NCBI GenBank assembly: GCA_030141605.1
Contig: JAQGDQ010000132.1
Coordinates: forward strand, 472,772-536,771
DNA: 64,000 bases
Reading direction: 5' to 3'
Origin: Tubiluchus corallicola
Taxonomy: Eukaryota; Animalia; Priapulida
Shown one piece after another: positions 13,801 to 26,800 of the stretch (positions are counted from its first letter, which is position 1; each line of letters opens with the position of its first letter). The position numbers were made by a program, and so were the translations under genes. The notes under the pieces are model-generated. The model worked only from the letters and a program-made list of their open reading frames with translations, ran no database searches and was not told where the DNA came from.

Positions 13801-16800
13801 CCTTATAAAAATGAAATACACACTTTTAACAGAAAGCAGAAACAGAAGCATTCATGCATTCATCCCTGAAAACAGTAGTAAAACAAAGTTTATCTGTAAG
13901 CATAGTTCGAAGTTTAGAATAAGTACCGGTGTTTTGAGAATTGTCCTGCGACGCCATCTAGTGTGAATACCATAAACAATGGCACAGCCAGGAATGAATA
14001 TTGTAGGTAGTACAACTAGCGCCCAGCCTAGTCTCTCTGCCCATAAAGGATATTCATTATGCGGATTTGCTGCTTGACCACCATATGTCAGTGATGTGTG
14101 GTCAGCTACATTCCATAACCAGATCGCCTGTAATAAGAAATGTAAACATTACCCACATGGGTTAATATGCTTAAGCAAATGCAGAATGCGAACATAGTAG
14201 TTATAATTTTCTCATTACAGCAAGAAAAAATTAAGCATATTTTAGCAACTCTGTATCATTGGTTTTAAAATGTCAGTGCCTAAAAATTGACCCTGAGAAA
14301 TGCTGAACAACTAAAATCAAATTACAAATCTGTTTAGATGTTTAGCTTCTTTTTTTGAAAATACCGTAAAAGGAATTCGATTAACACCTTAACAAGAACT
14401 TTTTCATGCTGTAAACTGTCTGCACGATGAAGTAATAGAACATTTGGTCAACTGTGCTACAATCTCTGTACATACCATCACTTCTACCTATTGACCAATT
14501 CAATTCCCGGTCCAAAAATGTACAATATATCAAAATGCATTGAGCCTGCATATTAGTGGTCGATTTACTCACTGATAAACAGACTGGAGAAACAAGCTTC
14601 CAGCATAACTTAAAGTACACACAAGGTTTGGTCCCAGTCATATCCTCAATGGCTTCAGCTAACAGTTGAGTACCTTTGTAAATAAACAAATAATTGTTTA
14701 TCGTTTGTTTTGTTTTGTTAATCAAAAATCACTTGCTTATGTAAGGCACAGACATTTGAAGACAATCCAAAGACTCTTGCAACAAACATATATTAATTAA
14801 TTACATTGACGGAAAAGCGTGAATATTTCTAGCAACATCAGTTAAACTATCAGTAATAAGTTACAGTTTTTAAGAATGAATACAAATTTATGTACCCAGA
14901 AAGTGGCTTAGCTAAAACTGCAAGTCCAAAATGTGTAAAATATGTGGTATTTCATCTTTAAAGCAAACATAAAAAACAATTCATGTCACACAATACATAC
15001 ATTCCACAGTTGTAGAATCGGCGCCGAAAGTCTAATCAATTTCGACAACGATTTCCAAGAGTGCTTAAAACTTCAACTCTAGCTCTTACTCAGGACTTTG
15101 AGGTATTTAATTAAGCAGACCCAACCAGTTCTGCGGATTTTATATCAAGAACTTCTAAGTAAAGGTACTATTTATATTTATTTTTAAGGCAGGAGAATCA
15201 ATTAATTGTACCTTAGCTAATGAGAGTAGGAGCTTAAGTTGTAAAAGCTTATAGCATAGTGACGGTTTAGCATGACTTTAAAGAAATAATTCAAATATTT
15301 GAACTAAAAACTACCTCAATTGAACATCGTGGTTCAGCTTTACATGAAAATAATGCTACATTGACTTAAAACTGCATTATATTAAGCTGGAGTCCAAAAG
15401 ACGCTCAGACACTTACTGATTCTCTCTCCTCCCAAAACTGACCAACTCTTTAACTCCATCTCCTGACTCTGTCTCTCCAATCCTAGGAAACTGTAGACTT
15501 ACTACTACCAAAACCATCATTCACACCCAATCAACACACCATTCCCTACCACACATTCTGTATACATGTTTACATAACCTAAGCGCACTTACCAAAACCA
15601 TATGAAACGGCCAATATGCCACAGACTGCTACAAATATCAATGCAATCTCACCAACAAAGAAATCGCAGAGTTGAATTATGTAAACACCACCCTAGAACG
15701 ATACCATTGTATGTGTCTTAATAGCTTAAAAATAAGCATGTTTTTGAAAACGTTAATCTTAACTTAAACTGGATCAAATTAATCCATTTTTATTTACAAA
15801 TAAAAATCACCATACAAATTTCACTGAAAATAGAAAAAAAATAATCTTTTCTGTTTTTCTGAATGTGAGATGTAAAACAATTCATATTATCTCAGTAGTG
15901 GATAGACAAATAGCTAATTAGATACATATAGCTAATTAGATACAAACATACTTTGTGTCTTAACATATTGTTGATCATAACATAACAATTCATATAAATA
16001 CAAATGGAAAAGCTAGGAAAAACCACAGATGGTTGTTACTTAATTGGTTTTCTTTCTGAAACATCACCTATGTATACATGTAATCATGAACCAAGTTTTT
16101 GTTATAGTTTTGCAATACAAATAATCAGTGGTGATATTTGTAGTTTATATATGAGAAAATACCTGACTTTTGTAACTGATAAATGCAGCAGAAAGGTGAA
16201 GTAAGGTTTTACAGTAAATAGCATTACAAACATAAAATGTGGAACTTTTTCTCCAGTAGCACTGGCATTGCAAATTATATAGATGAATTAATCTAGTAGT
16301 ACAACAAACCAAATGCTACAAGCAAAGTATAGCTGGGTTAATACTTTGTCATCATTTTTGTGACCTTTGCAACACATACATAAAAATTTGTAAACTAACT
16401 GCAAATAATGTAGATAATCAATTTTCCAGCCAATCACATATTAAATCTTATACCAACACAAGCAAAATTTTAATCGACAAATATTTCCAAGCGTTACTAG
16501 ATATATGTACTTCTTATTGCAGCATCAAGCTTATACATACCTCTGTGACGTAGATGAGACCAATGACGTAAAGAAGACAACAGACAAGAAAGACAAGTGC
16601 TTCATGGTAAACAAGATGGCGCTTGATCCACATGTGGTAACGGTCAGTGATGCTGGTCAAGAACGTCTCTGTGACACCAAACTAAAAAAGCATGCTCAGA
16701 ATGAAAACCTTAACTAAGCAAAAGAAAATGCAGCAAAAACAACTCTACATAAAATAAAATTGACACCCAGCACCCACTTAACAAAAGGCATGGTTTTTAT

Positions 16801-19800
16801 TCAGACACAATATCTGCAAAGTTTCGACAGTTAATGTCATATTCACGCGACAATCACTATACGAAGATGTATACAAAAATCAAAATCAACACTTTTTTCT
16901 AAAAACTTGTCTTGATGAAGGACTACAACCTAAATTTATTCAATTCAGAATAACAAACAATTACAGTGTTGATTTTTCTAAATATATTTTTACACTGTAT
17001 TTTTACATAATTTTATTTAGGTGAATTGTTGCATGAAGTTGTGTTACTAGAAGTGTTATAGAAAACTAAAATGTATGTCAGACACTTAAGAACTAAAGAT
17101 ATACTGCAAAAACATCACCAAAATTTTTTTACAATTGTACCACGCAACAAAATAAGCAGCACTAAACAAGAGAAACTATAAAAAAAGAATAAAACTTAGA
17201 TACTTACCTCATAAAAGCTTGAGAAAAAGCAGCATGAAAAATAGATTACTTTGTAGTAGGTAAAAACAATTTTTTAAAACTTGAATAAACGTACATAATG
17301 CATATTAAAAAGTATTTTAGGTTTTTGCTGCCAATTCTTTAACCCTCTTTTTCTCTGATGTAAATATTAATGTTAGAATATGTTGTTCTCATATTTATGA
17401 ATTGCTTACACAAAAAAGCCATACAATATCTGAAGAAGCCTTATCTGGAAAGAAAACAATATTCTTCTAATATAACAAACCAACTCTAATTTACTGCATG
17501 AAAAAGTTTCGGGTATCAAAAGTAACTAAGGTTTCATCTTCATTTTTTCAGGACAATACAGGCCAGGGTCCAGAAGCGGGGAACACATGGACTTGAACAA
17601 AAAAGTCATATAAATGAGCGAACTATATATGTCAACCTTAGTAGGTCACTGTCATTGGCACTGTGGCAAATTGGAAAAATCAGACACACTCTCAACCACC
17701 AAACAATTGAAAATCTCATATATGTTTTCATAACATCCAAACTTGATTACTGCAGTAGTTTACTTTTTGGGCTTCCTGAATGTGAATATCGTAAACTCCA
17801 ACTAATTCAGAACTCTGTTCCTTGTCTTATTAGCAAAACTAAAAGATATGAACACATTACGCCTATTCTAAAAGAATTGCAATGGCTGCCAATAAAGTTT
17901 CAAATTTAATTTCAAATTCTTCGTGTCACCTAAAGAATACTACATGGTTTAGCACCTGCATATCTCACAGAAACGTTGATATGCCTTATTAGCTTAACAC
18001 CGGCCAAACACTTTGTTCTAATACTAATGAACAAGTTAATTTACATCAGCTAATTCCTAATATAGTATTCTGTGATGAAAAAGATTTTTCTGTTTGTGCT
18101 CGCAACTCCGCAATAATCTATCTGTTGCCATATGTTCTGCAAATTCATTAGATTCTTTTAAACAACATCTTAAAACATGTTTGTTTAGATACTACATTTC
18201 ATGATGAATTAATTTTTAATTTTTTAATGTATTTTAAATTTTGATGTATCCTATGAATTTTAAATGTATTTCACTGTTCAGCATCCTGAGATTTTAAATG
18301 GCGCAGTGTGCTATGTAAATAAAATGTACAGTATATTACATACCTGCGTCTCATTGGACAGAAGCACCAAGATTATAAAAAACCAGGCAGCCCAGAAATG
18401 AGGCACTGGTAGCGTGTCAATCAACACAGGAAACAGTTCAAATATAAAACCTGGACCTGTAGAAGATGAAGCCATAAATATCAATTAAGAAACATTCAGA
18501 GCAATTGACTCTCGGAAATTGAAATATGAAAGGAACCACAATGCAACAAAAGTGTAAATGGAATTGTGCAATTTCCTACTGCAGGTAAAAACCAAATTGA
18601 AAAAATAAAAATAAAATAACGATTACAATACAAAAAATATTTTAGGAAATGTTTAGGAAGCATGGAATACGCGTTTATTTTGCTATATGTCAACAAACAA
18701 TTTCAATGTCAAGTTAAGTTCTGAAAAGAAAATAGTGTGAAAATTTAAAGTTGTTACAGGATTATTATTACTAAAAAGTCAAAAACTGTGTATCACAATG
18801 GCAGTTCTCAAATCCTGCGTGCAACAAATTGTAATCATAATTCATTAAGATTTCATATTTTACTCAAGTTTTATATTCTTCATAATTAAGTTCATAGACA
18901 AGTTAATACACAAATTTTTCATTATTTTTCAAAGTCATTCCAATCAGGTTCCAATCAGGTTCCCACCTAACACATTTAATAATAACTGCTGACAATTTGA
19001 GTGAATGAGTCCAGATCAATCTGGGACAAGCCAATTGCCATTATCATAAACTTTCATTTTGTGAGAGTCGACATTAGAATTTGCGATGTTGTTTGCACAA
19101 AAATTTATCTAATAATGTATCCTGGTGGAAATGGATATATGACAGGCAGCTGTAAATGTCAGTAGGATTAGAAACTGACTAACTGAAAATACAGCAGAAA
19201 GGCTTAAGGTGGGCAGTCATGTCCTAAAATTACTTCCTTCAAACAGGGATTCCCATAGAAGATGTTCTGAAGCTTACAAAAGACCTAATGGTAAACTAAC
19301 ACAACTCCGGGTAAAATTCACTTCCAAAATCAAAATGGGATGACCTAAAATGTTATCAAGGCGAGTGGTTAACTTAACCTAACACTTTTGGACTTAGTAA
19401 TGAAAGGTCAACATAGGGACTGAAACACAAGAGGGGGTGATTGGGCAAAGGTCAACTAAAAAAAGCAGCTAGAAGCAAATTAGGCAACTAATGACTCAAC
19501 ACAAAAAGTCGACCAAAATGCTCAAACATTTGATCATTCTTCAAATTAAAACAAGCAGACATTCGAACTCTGCTGTCACCATTTCTATCAAATAGGAAAA
19601 TTATACGATCTGTTTGCATGTGCAAATTCAGCTTCATACTACCATCATCATCAGCATGAAAACCCTACCACTATAGTCATAAATGTCATCATATACGATA
19701 ATCATCGCTACTACTACAATCATCCGCCTCGTCATCGATGTTGTTGTTGTTGTCATCACAACCACCACTACTGTCACCACCACCAACATTGTCATCGTCA

Positions 19801-20815
19801 TCATCATCACCATCAGCACCATTCTTTTTTTACTGAACTGTGACTGTAATTACACAGATGTCATTACTAATTAGAAAGAAATGTAGTATCTGTGCTAGGC
19901 TAGTTATCTGTACCGTATACACAAGACATAATAAATGAGTAACATCTCTAGTATTAATTAAGTAACTGTGAGTAGGTAAATAGTGCACCGTTTCAACAGG
20001 CAGCATTTGAATGTGTAAGCCTGAGTTGTTCTTAAAAACGACTCGCAATTTGAAAAAGGGATTCATGGATTTTTCATGTTTTCCACACTAACACCAACCC
20101 CAACCTACCTCCATCCACCACCCACTCTCCCTTAGGCATGCACATGTACACTTTGTCATTTACTTCATACCAAAACATACAATACAAAATAAAATATAAA
20201 AAAGTGTAATATAAATAGTAAAAAAAATCAAGTTAGCAGAAGGATTAGCAATAGGTCATCGCTCCTGCAACCGTAAACAACCCCTGTTAATGATCTATTC
20301 TAGAGGTTTTGCAAATACATTAGCCAGGATATGTGAAATATGAACTGAGTCAATGGTCCATGATCTCTGATAATGACTAAATTAGTGTATACTTTAATGG
20401 ACAACTGTTATCATCAGTGTTGTCTTACTGCAAGTTCTCATGACTGTTGCAACTGGATTTCTAATTCATGTCAGAACAGATCAAAATAGCATGCAAGTTG
20501 GTCTGCGTGAGCGTGAAACTTAAGCAGTGCAAATACTTTCCATTAACATCCATTATTATAGATATAACACGTCAATACCACAAGCACTACGGAAGCCATG
20601 CAGAAGCCTTACACCTGAGAAACATATTCACTGTTAATTAACTTCCGTAGTACGCACGCGTTGGACTAACGTGCTATTTAAGAGTAAGATGTTAACAACT
20701 TGTTGACTGAGTTAGGTGGTAAAGTTACTGATTATGCCTTGCAATGCTGGTGTACGCAAACGAATGAAAAGAACACACACACATATATATAGGTGTGTGT
20801 GTGTGCGTGTGTGTG

Positions 20816-20850
<35 letters not shown>

Positions 20851-23800
20851 CTTGCCAAGTAATTCAACAAAAATGCTCAATGACAAGAAGAAAAAACAAA
20901 AGAAGAAAAGATGTGGTGCCAAAGAACCAATAACTGGAAGATAAGTATGAAATCAACTGTGACAACACGAAAAGCACAATTTTATTTACTCTCCATCAGC
21001 AAATCGTACATCAATTAGTCAAGCTACTTGTGGAGCACAAAAAAGACAGGAAAATCTAGCAAATCACAAAAAAATCTGTAGTATCAGTGAGAAAACAAAG
21101 TTATTTGCTATGTGACTGTATCTTCAAAGCATCTTCAACATCACAGCAGCATCTTCAAAGTCGAAATCCTCTAAGAATGTGTCAGTGGAGTAAAAACATT
21201 AGTTTTGCCGTCAACACAAATGGTCACAAAATGATTTGCAATCAACGTCAATCTAAAGCACCCTCTGGGAATGCGTGAAAGACACTACTACAAACCACCA
21301 TAAAAGAAATGATCATGTCACCCACTGCCCGTTATTACTTGCTTTTTAATTTTACAAACGAAACAGTTAACTGGGAATATGAAAATGGCACCACGACTGA
21401 ATATTTCCAAAGTCAAACACTAAAGTCTTCTCGTATAGTAATGATAGTAACTCGCATCATCTACGTCCTCATCGCACTGACCATCATCTGGAGCAACAGT
21501 CTTGTTCTCATAGCCGTCGCTCGCTTTCATCAGGTGCAAAAACACCTGCGAAACTGGTTTATTGCTAGCTTATCCGCCACCGACTTTTTAACAGGGATCT
21601 ACCTCTGTGTTGCTCCATACGTGCTCACGTTTATACCCGACCCTCCTAAAGTATTGTGCTTAAGCCTTTATACAGTGCACAACATGAATATAACACAGAC
21701 GGCCAATTCATTACTGTTTGTAACTATTGAAAGATATATCGCAGTTGCACATCCATTTTTATACATGAGTGTAGTAAAACCAAAAAGCATCAAGTTCATC
21801 ATCGTGATAAGCTGGATAGAAGCCAGCATCATCGGTGGTGCAGTCTGGATTCATAACAGTTGGTTTGTGAACAGTTTCTGTGTCTACGAGGCTGTCATCA
21901 GCAAGCAATCCTTGTACTTAATGGATGCACATCTGCTAGTAAGTATGACAGCCATGTGTGGAATTTATGCAAAGATGTATTTAATTGCTAGACGTCACTA
22001 TCACTCTGTGGCCGCTGCAGATGCCCAAGACACAGGTATGAAATCAAACCTGCATTTAGCAAAAGTGTATTTTCTGATTACGGGTTTATACATTATCTGT
22101 TGCACTCCGTTTCTCGTAATATCGCTGGTTGTGCTTGAGACAAAGTTTGAAAATCATTATCAGTGGGTGCGACGGATCGGATACTTCATGCTTTATTCGA
22201 ATTCTTTTGTTAATGTAATTGTCTATGCCTCCAGGTTGGGAGAATTCCAGAAAGCATTCCGGAAACTGCTCAGTCCTTGGAGGTCAACAGACGTGCTAAG
22301 GTCAGCAAATGGTTCACTAAGATCTCATAATAGAAACATAACAACTGAAGGTGAAGTTTAAGATTGGACCACATTGCTAGACTCGTACAAACTGTACGGC
22401 AAGCAATGGGTGCCAGGCTCTTAAGCAAAAACTGCATTTGACTATTAGGCAAAATTAGCTTGAGTGACACACTTGTGAAGTGGTGATGCATAGTTCAGAC
22501 TAATAATGTCTCTTTCAGCATACACTATCTAAAGTGTGACTAATCATAAGTGATATATATATAATATTTATTTATTTATTTTAGAGAAAAAAATAACACA
22601 AAAGATATAGCACAATAAATTGGCCAAGGTAACCTGTTCAAAGTGACAAGACCATTGCATGATGTACAAGGCACCCAAAATAAAAAGTAACCTATTGCAG
22701 AGTGATACAGCAAATAAAGATAATAATGAAAATCACCCAGATCTTTGAGAGTGCCATTTCGTTCTAGTCTTAGATATGTTAAGAGGAGGTTAAAGATGAA
22801 CTTCATCAAAACTGCTAACAATTAACAGTGCTCATACTCGCTTGAAAACTACATCTCATAATACTGTTTTATTTACAACTCTATGTTTTTTAGGCTGTTT
22901 TTAGAAGTTTTTTTTGTTAACAGAAGTTCAAAAGTTAGCGACCTTTAACGGCCTGTAGCATGATTTGTTCCAGTTAACATAACTTCTTTTGATGTCAATT
23001 TTCACGAAAATTTTCACAAGCATGTACTGCATTTTCTTTCTACTGCGTTATAATGCAGTAGCAGATTGAGGGGGGGGTGGGCAAGGAGCCGGCCCCATTC
23101 ACAGTAGCAGTTACAATACATCAAATGAATATTTTCTCTGGATTACAAGCATTAGAATGATTTACTAAATTCTAGCAGTTCCTTTATTAAATTTATACCT
23201 GTAAAATTGTATATGACAAGGATTCTAATTTTCAAAACAAATGAAATTTACGTACATCATATATACCGTCTACCAAAATGTATTGGTGTGTGACTATGAG
23301 TAAAATGTTTGAGGTGACAAATGAGTCTAAAATGCAGCAAAATGCATTAGCGGTCAAGGTTCTGCCCTTTTGAGGGGGGCTTACAGTGCTCGCCCAGCTG
23401 CCCTAACTGTTTTTTGTTGGGCCCGCCACTTCTCTAAAGCCTGCATGCCGCTGTAATGTACAGAATGCATTCAACAAAACCTACTTAAACCAAGAACAGC
23501 GTATCCAAGAAAACAAAAGAAAGTTGATTGTTTAAATGACACACTGTATTTTTAGTGCATTAACTTTAGTAAGAAGCTTTGATTAAATCAATTTATTTCC
23601 ATTTATAGTCTATCCAATCCTAGTTAACCTTCGTTTAAATTGTTGTTAACAATATCAGTAATTTAACGGTACTTAACAAAGTGAAAAGCTACTGTTCTTG
23701 CTTATTTGTCATTATAACTTATTCTTCAAAAGATATTGGCCATGTACAAGTCATGCATAGTTCAAAGACAAGCCTTCTGTTCTAGAATGCAAACATAAAC

Positions 23801-26800
23801 TAGCTCTGTGTGTGTACCAGTTATTGAAGAAACAAAACGTCACAATAATAATAATAATAATAAATAAATAAATAAATAAATAAAAACCATGGGCAAATGA
23901 AGAAGATCCTGCTGTTCAATAAAATCTTAATTACATGGTTTTCATTAGTGCTCCTAGCATACCTAATTACTGCTTAATTAATAAAAACCCTCAAAGTGAA
24001 ATGTTCAAATATAAATGGATTTTACTGTAAATCGTATAAAGCAGATGGCTGTTTTCAAAGTTTTATTTAAAAAAATTGACTATTGCCAAAGAGAAACTTG
24101 GAATTTTCACAATAGAATGAAATTTTTCATATTAATACTAACAGGGCTGCACCACAAAGGCAAAGAGCAAAATTACACATAAACAGTAATAATAACATTT
24201 GCTATTAGTAACATGAATAACCACGGGCTGTGCAGGCAACTTATTAATCTGTCAGACTCAATTGCCAGCATATAAGCTATTTTGCCGATTTAATCCTTAT
24301 TCACTACCTGGCAGTTAATTATTAATCATGGCAAATTGTTTACTTTTAGCAGGTGTTTATACATCTGGCGTGCTATATGTATGCTAGCTAGACAAATAAT
24401 ACATTAAAGCAAAAATGCCAGAGCAGTGCAAATACTAATTAATGTGACTGTGTAATATGTATCAACTGACATAGTATGTATGATTCTGATATTTGTAATT
24501 TTTAATAGTAATTTGTAATTTATCATCAACTACAGCATATAATTTTACACTACAATATGCATTATTGTCTTATAACTATTATGTGCTATAACTAGGAAAA
24601 AATCAAATACAGTTACGATAATTGTAACAGAACAACACTAATATACTATTAAGTGCTATAGCTAGAGAAAAAAATTCAAATATAGTTACAATAACAGAAC
24701 TGCATTAATATAGTTACTAACTACATAATAGTTTATCCACCAGAAATATATGTTGCATAGTGGTCGAGAAGCAAAGCTTGTGAAACTAGCATGAAAAGTG
24801 GAGAAAACTGATTAGTTAACAAGAAAAAGAATTTATAGGAAAACAGAGAATAGTAAAGATAAAGTAATAGAATAAAGATGGAGGAAAACTGATTTTCTAC
24901 GACATCTGCAAATATAAATAAATCTGCAGTAACAGTGAAATCAGCAACGAATAAGCATGAATCATTTTGTGTATAGAATCCAATTGAGTCAAATAATTTT
25001 AGCAAGCTGTAGTAAATTTCAACAAGATCCGGAAAACAGTCTCAAATGTGCTAAATGTAGAACTAGAATGTTTAGAACAAAGAAGGGAAAAGGCTTATAC
25101 CAAACGCATCACTAAACTAATTAAATCTGAATCTGCACTATTGCCAAAATTGCATTATTCAAATAGAAGAGGCTACCAGTTCATCCTGCAAAAAGTGAGA
25201 ACAAGTAGATATAAAATAGTTTTATACCATCAGCTGCAGCTGTGTTAAAATCGTAATGTGTTAACACTTTAAAGTAAGAATTTGTGACCATTTGAGTATT
25301 TCGTCTAGAACTGGCAAAAAATTAATGTACAAAACAATTCAATTCCTTTAACTTTATTTTCAAACACTTGGGTATTCGTTACTGTATCAATTTCTTTTCT
25401 TCAGTTCTGCTTAATCATTACCTATTTGGCTTTTGTAAACACATAATTAGTGCTTAAGTTACTGTATCAATTTCTTTACTGGTCTGTTCATTCATTGCTT
25501 AATCATTACCTATTTGGCTTTTGTAAACACATAATTAGTGCTTAAGTTACTGTATCAATTTCTTTACTGGTCTGTTCATTCATTATCTATTTGGCTTCTG
25601 TTAACTACTTAATTAGTGCATAATAGGCTCTGCCTATATAAACTGGTTGTATGTTTGTAAATTTACCACTGATGATGACAGCAGCAGCATGTCGAAAACT
25701 TTGGCATGATTTTAATGTTTTACTGTAAAGATTTTAATAAAGTTGTGTTGTTTTTAACTACAAATGTTTTTAAGTGCCTGTAACAAAAATTGACATGTCT
25801 GTATATGTTAATATCGTGTGTGATGTTCAAATTAATTTTATTGCAACACTGAAGCGCATTTTTATGCTTTAAAGTGTAATAAATAAAACTGAAATTTTAA
25901 ATTTTAAATGTTTATATTTTATAGAGATATATTCAAATTTATTTGCGAGAAATTTAAAATAGAAATGAGAAACTAGCTAGCAATAATTTTAAGCTGAGAT
26001 TATTAATATTTAGTGAAGTTGAATTTTGTTCACATCATAAAACTATTGCCAAACACAAAAGTCAATCAATGAAAAAAGTATTCAAACTAAAATAAGCGAC
26101 ATAGTTGCATACAAAAGTTACATAGTTATATAGTTTTTTCGCTCTTTTCTTATGAGTTCGTCTATATATGTTTATATATTTGTTTATATGTTTATTTTGT
26201 CATTGGTTTGTCTATCTATCAATCCACCTTTGTGTATTTCGATGGACCATTTCTTACTTGGTTCATCCATCCACTGTTACTTGAGTTTTTTAAATTTTTT
26301 TGTACTTATATGATTTGCATGCACATTCACAAATGCAAAACCAAATCAAAATTTTGAAGAGCGGTGTTAGGGAAGCATTAGGAATGTACTGTCATTAATA
26401 CTCCATGAAACAATACGTAAGAATCATTAAAACTTACTATAGCTCTTAGCCTCTTTCGTCGAAAAAGTTCAGATTTTGTATAGCTATGCCTAGACTAACT
26501 GAGAATGTTAGCACTAATAATAATTGAATTGGAAGAAACGAGAACTGTTGTTCATTTACCATACAAACATCCATAGCACACAACAACATTTTAAAGTCGC
26601 CATTGTCTTTTCCAAATTACATACTAAAGGAAGCCATACAAAAAGGATACTCTTGCTGAGAATGTTAGTACTAATAATAAGTGAATTGCAAGGAACCAAG
26701 AAACTGTTCATTTATTATACAAACATCCATGGCATGCAACAACATATTAAAGGTGCTATTTGTGTCTTCTAGGAAGCCAGACAAATTCATAGCCAATCAA

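Noticed and set aside
17208-17250. Duplicated TM8 exon (reads LFFMLLFLKLL*)
   Set aside because: The resemblance is explained by the pyrimidine tract; it contains a stop and lacks the rest of the 113-nt exon. Kept only as a microexon candidate.
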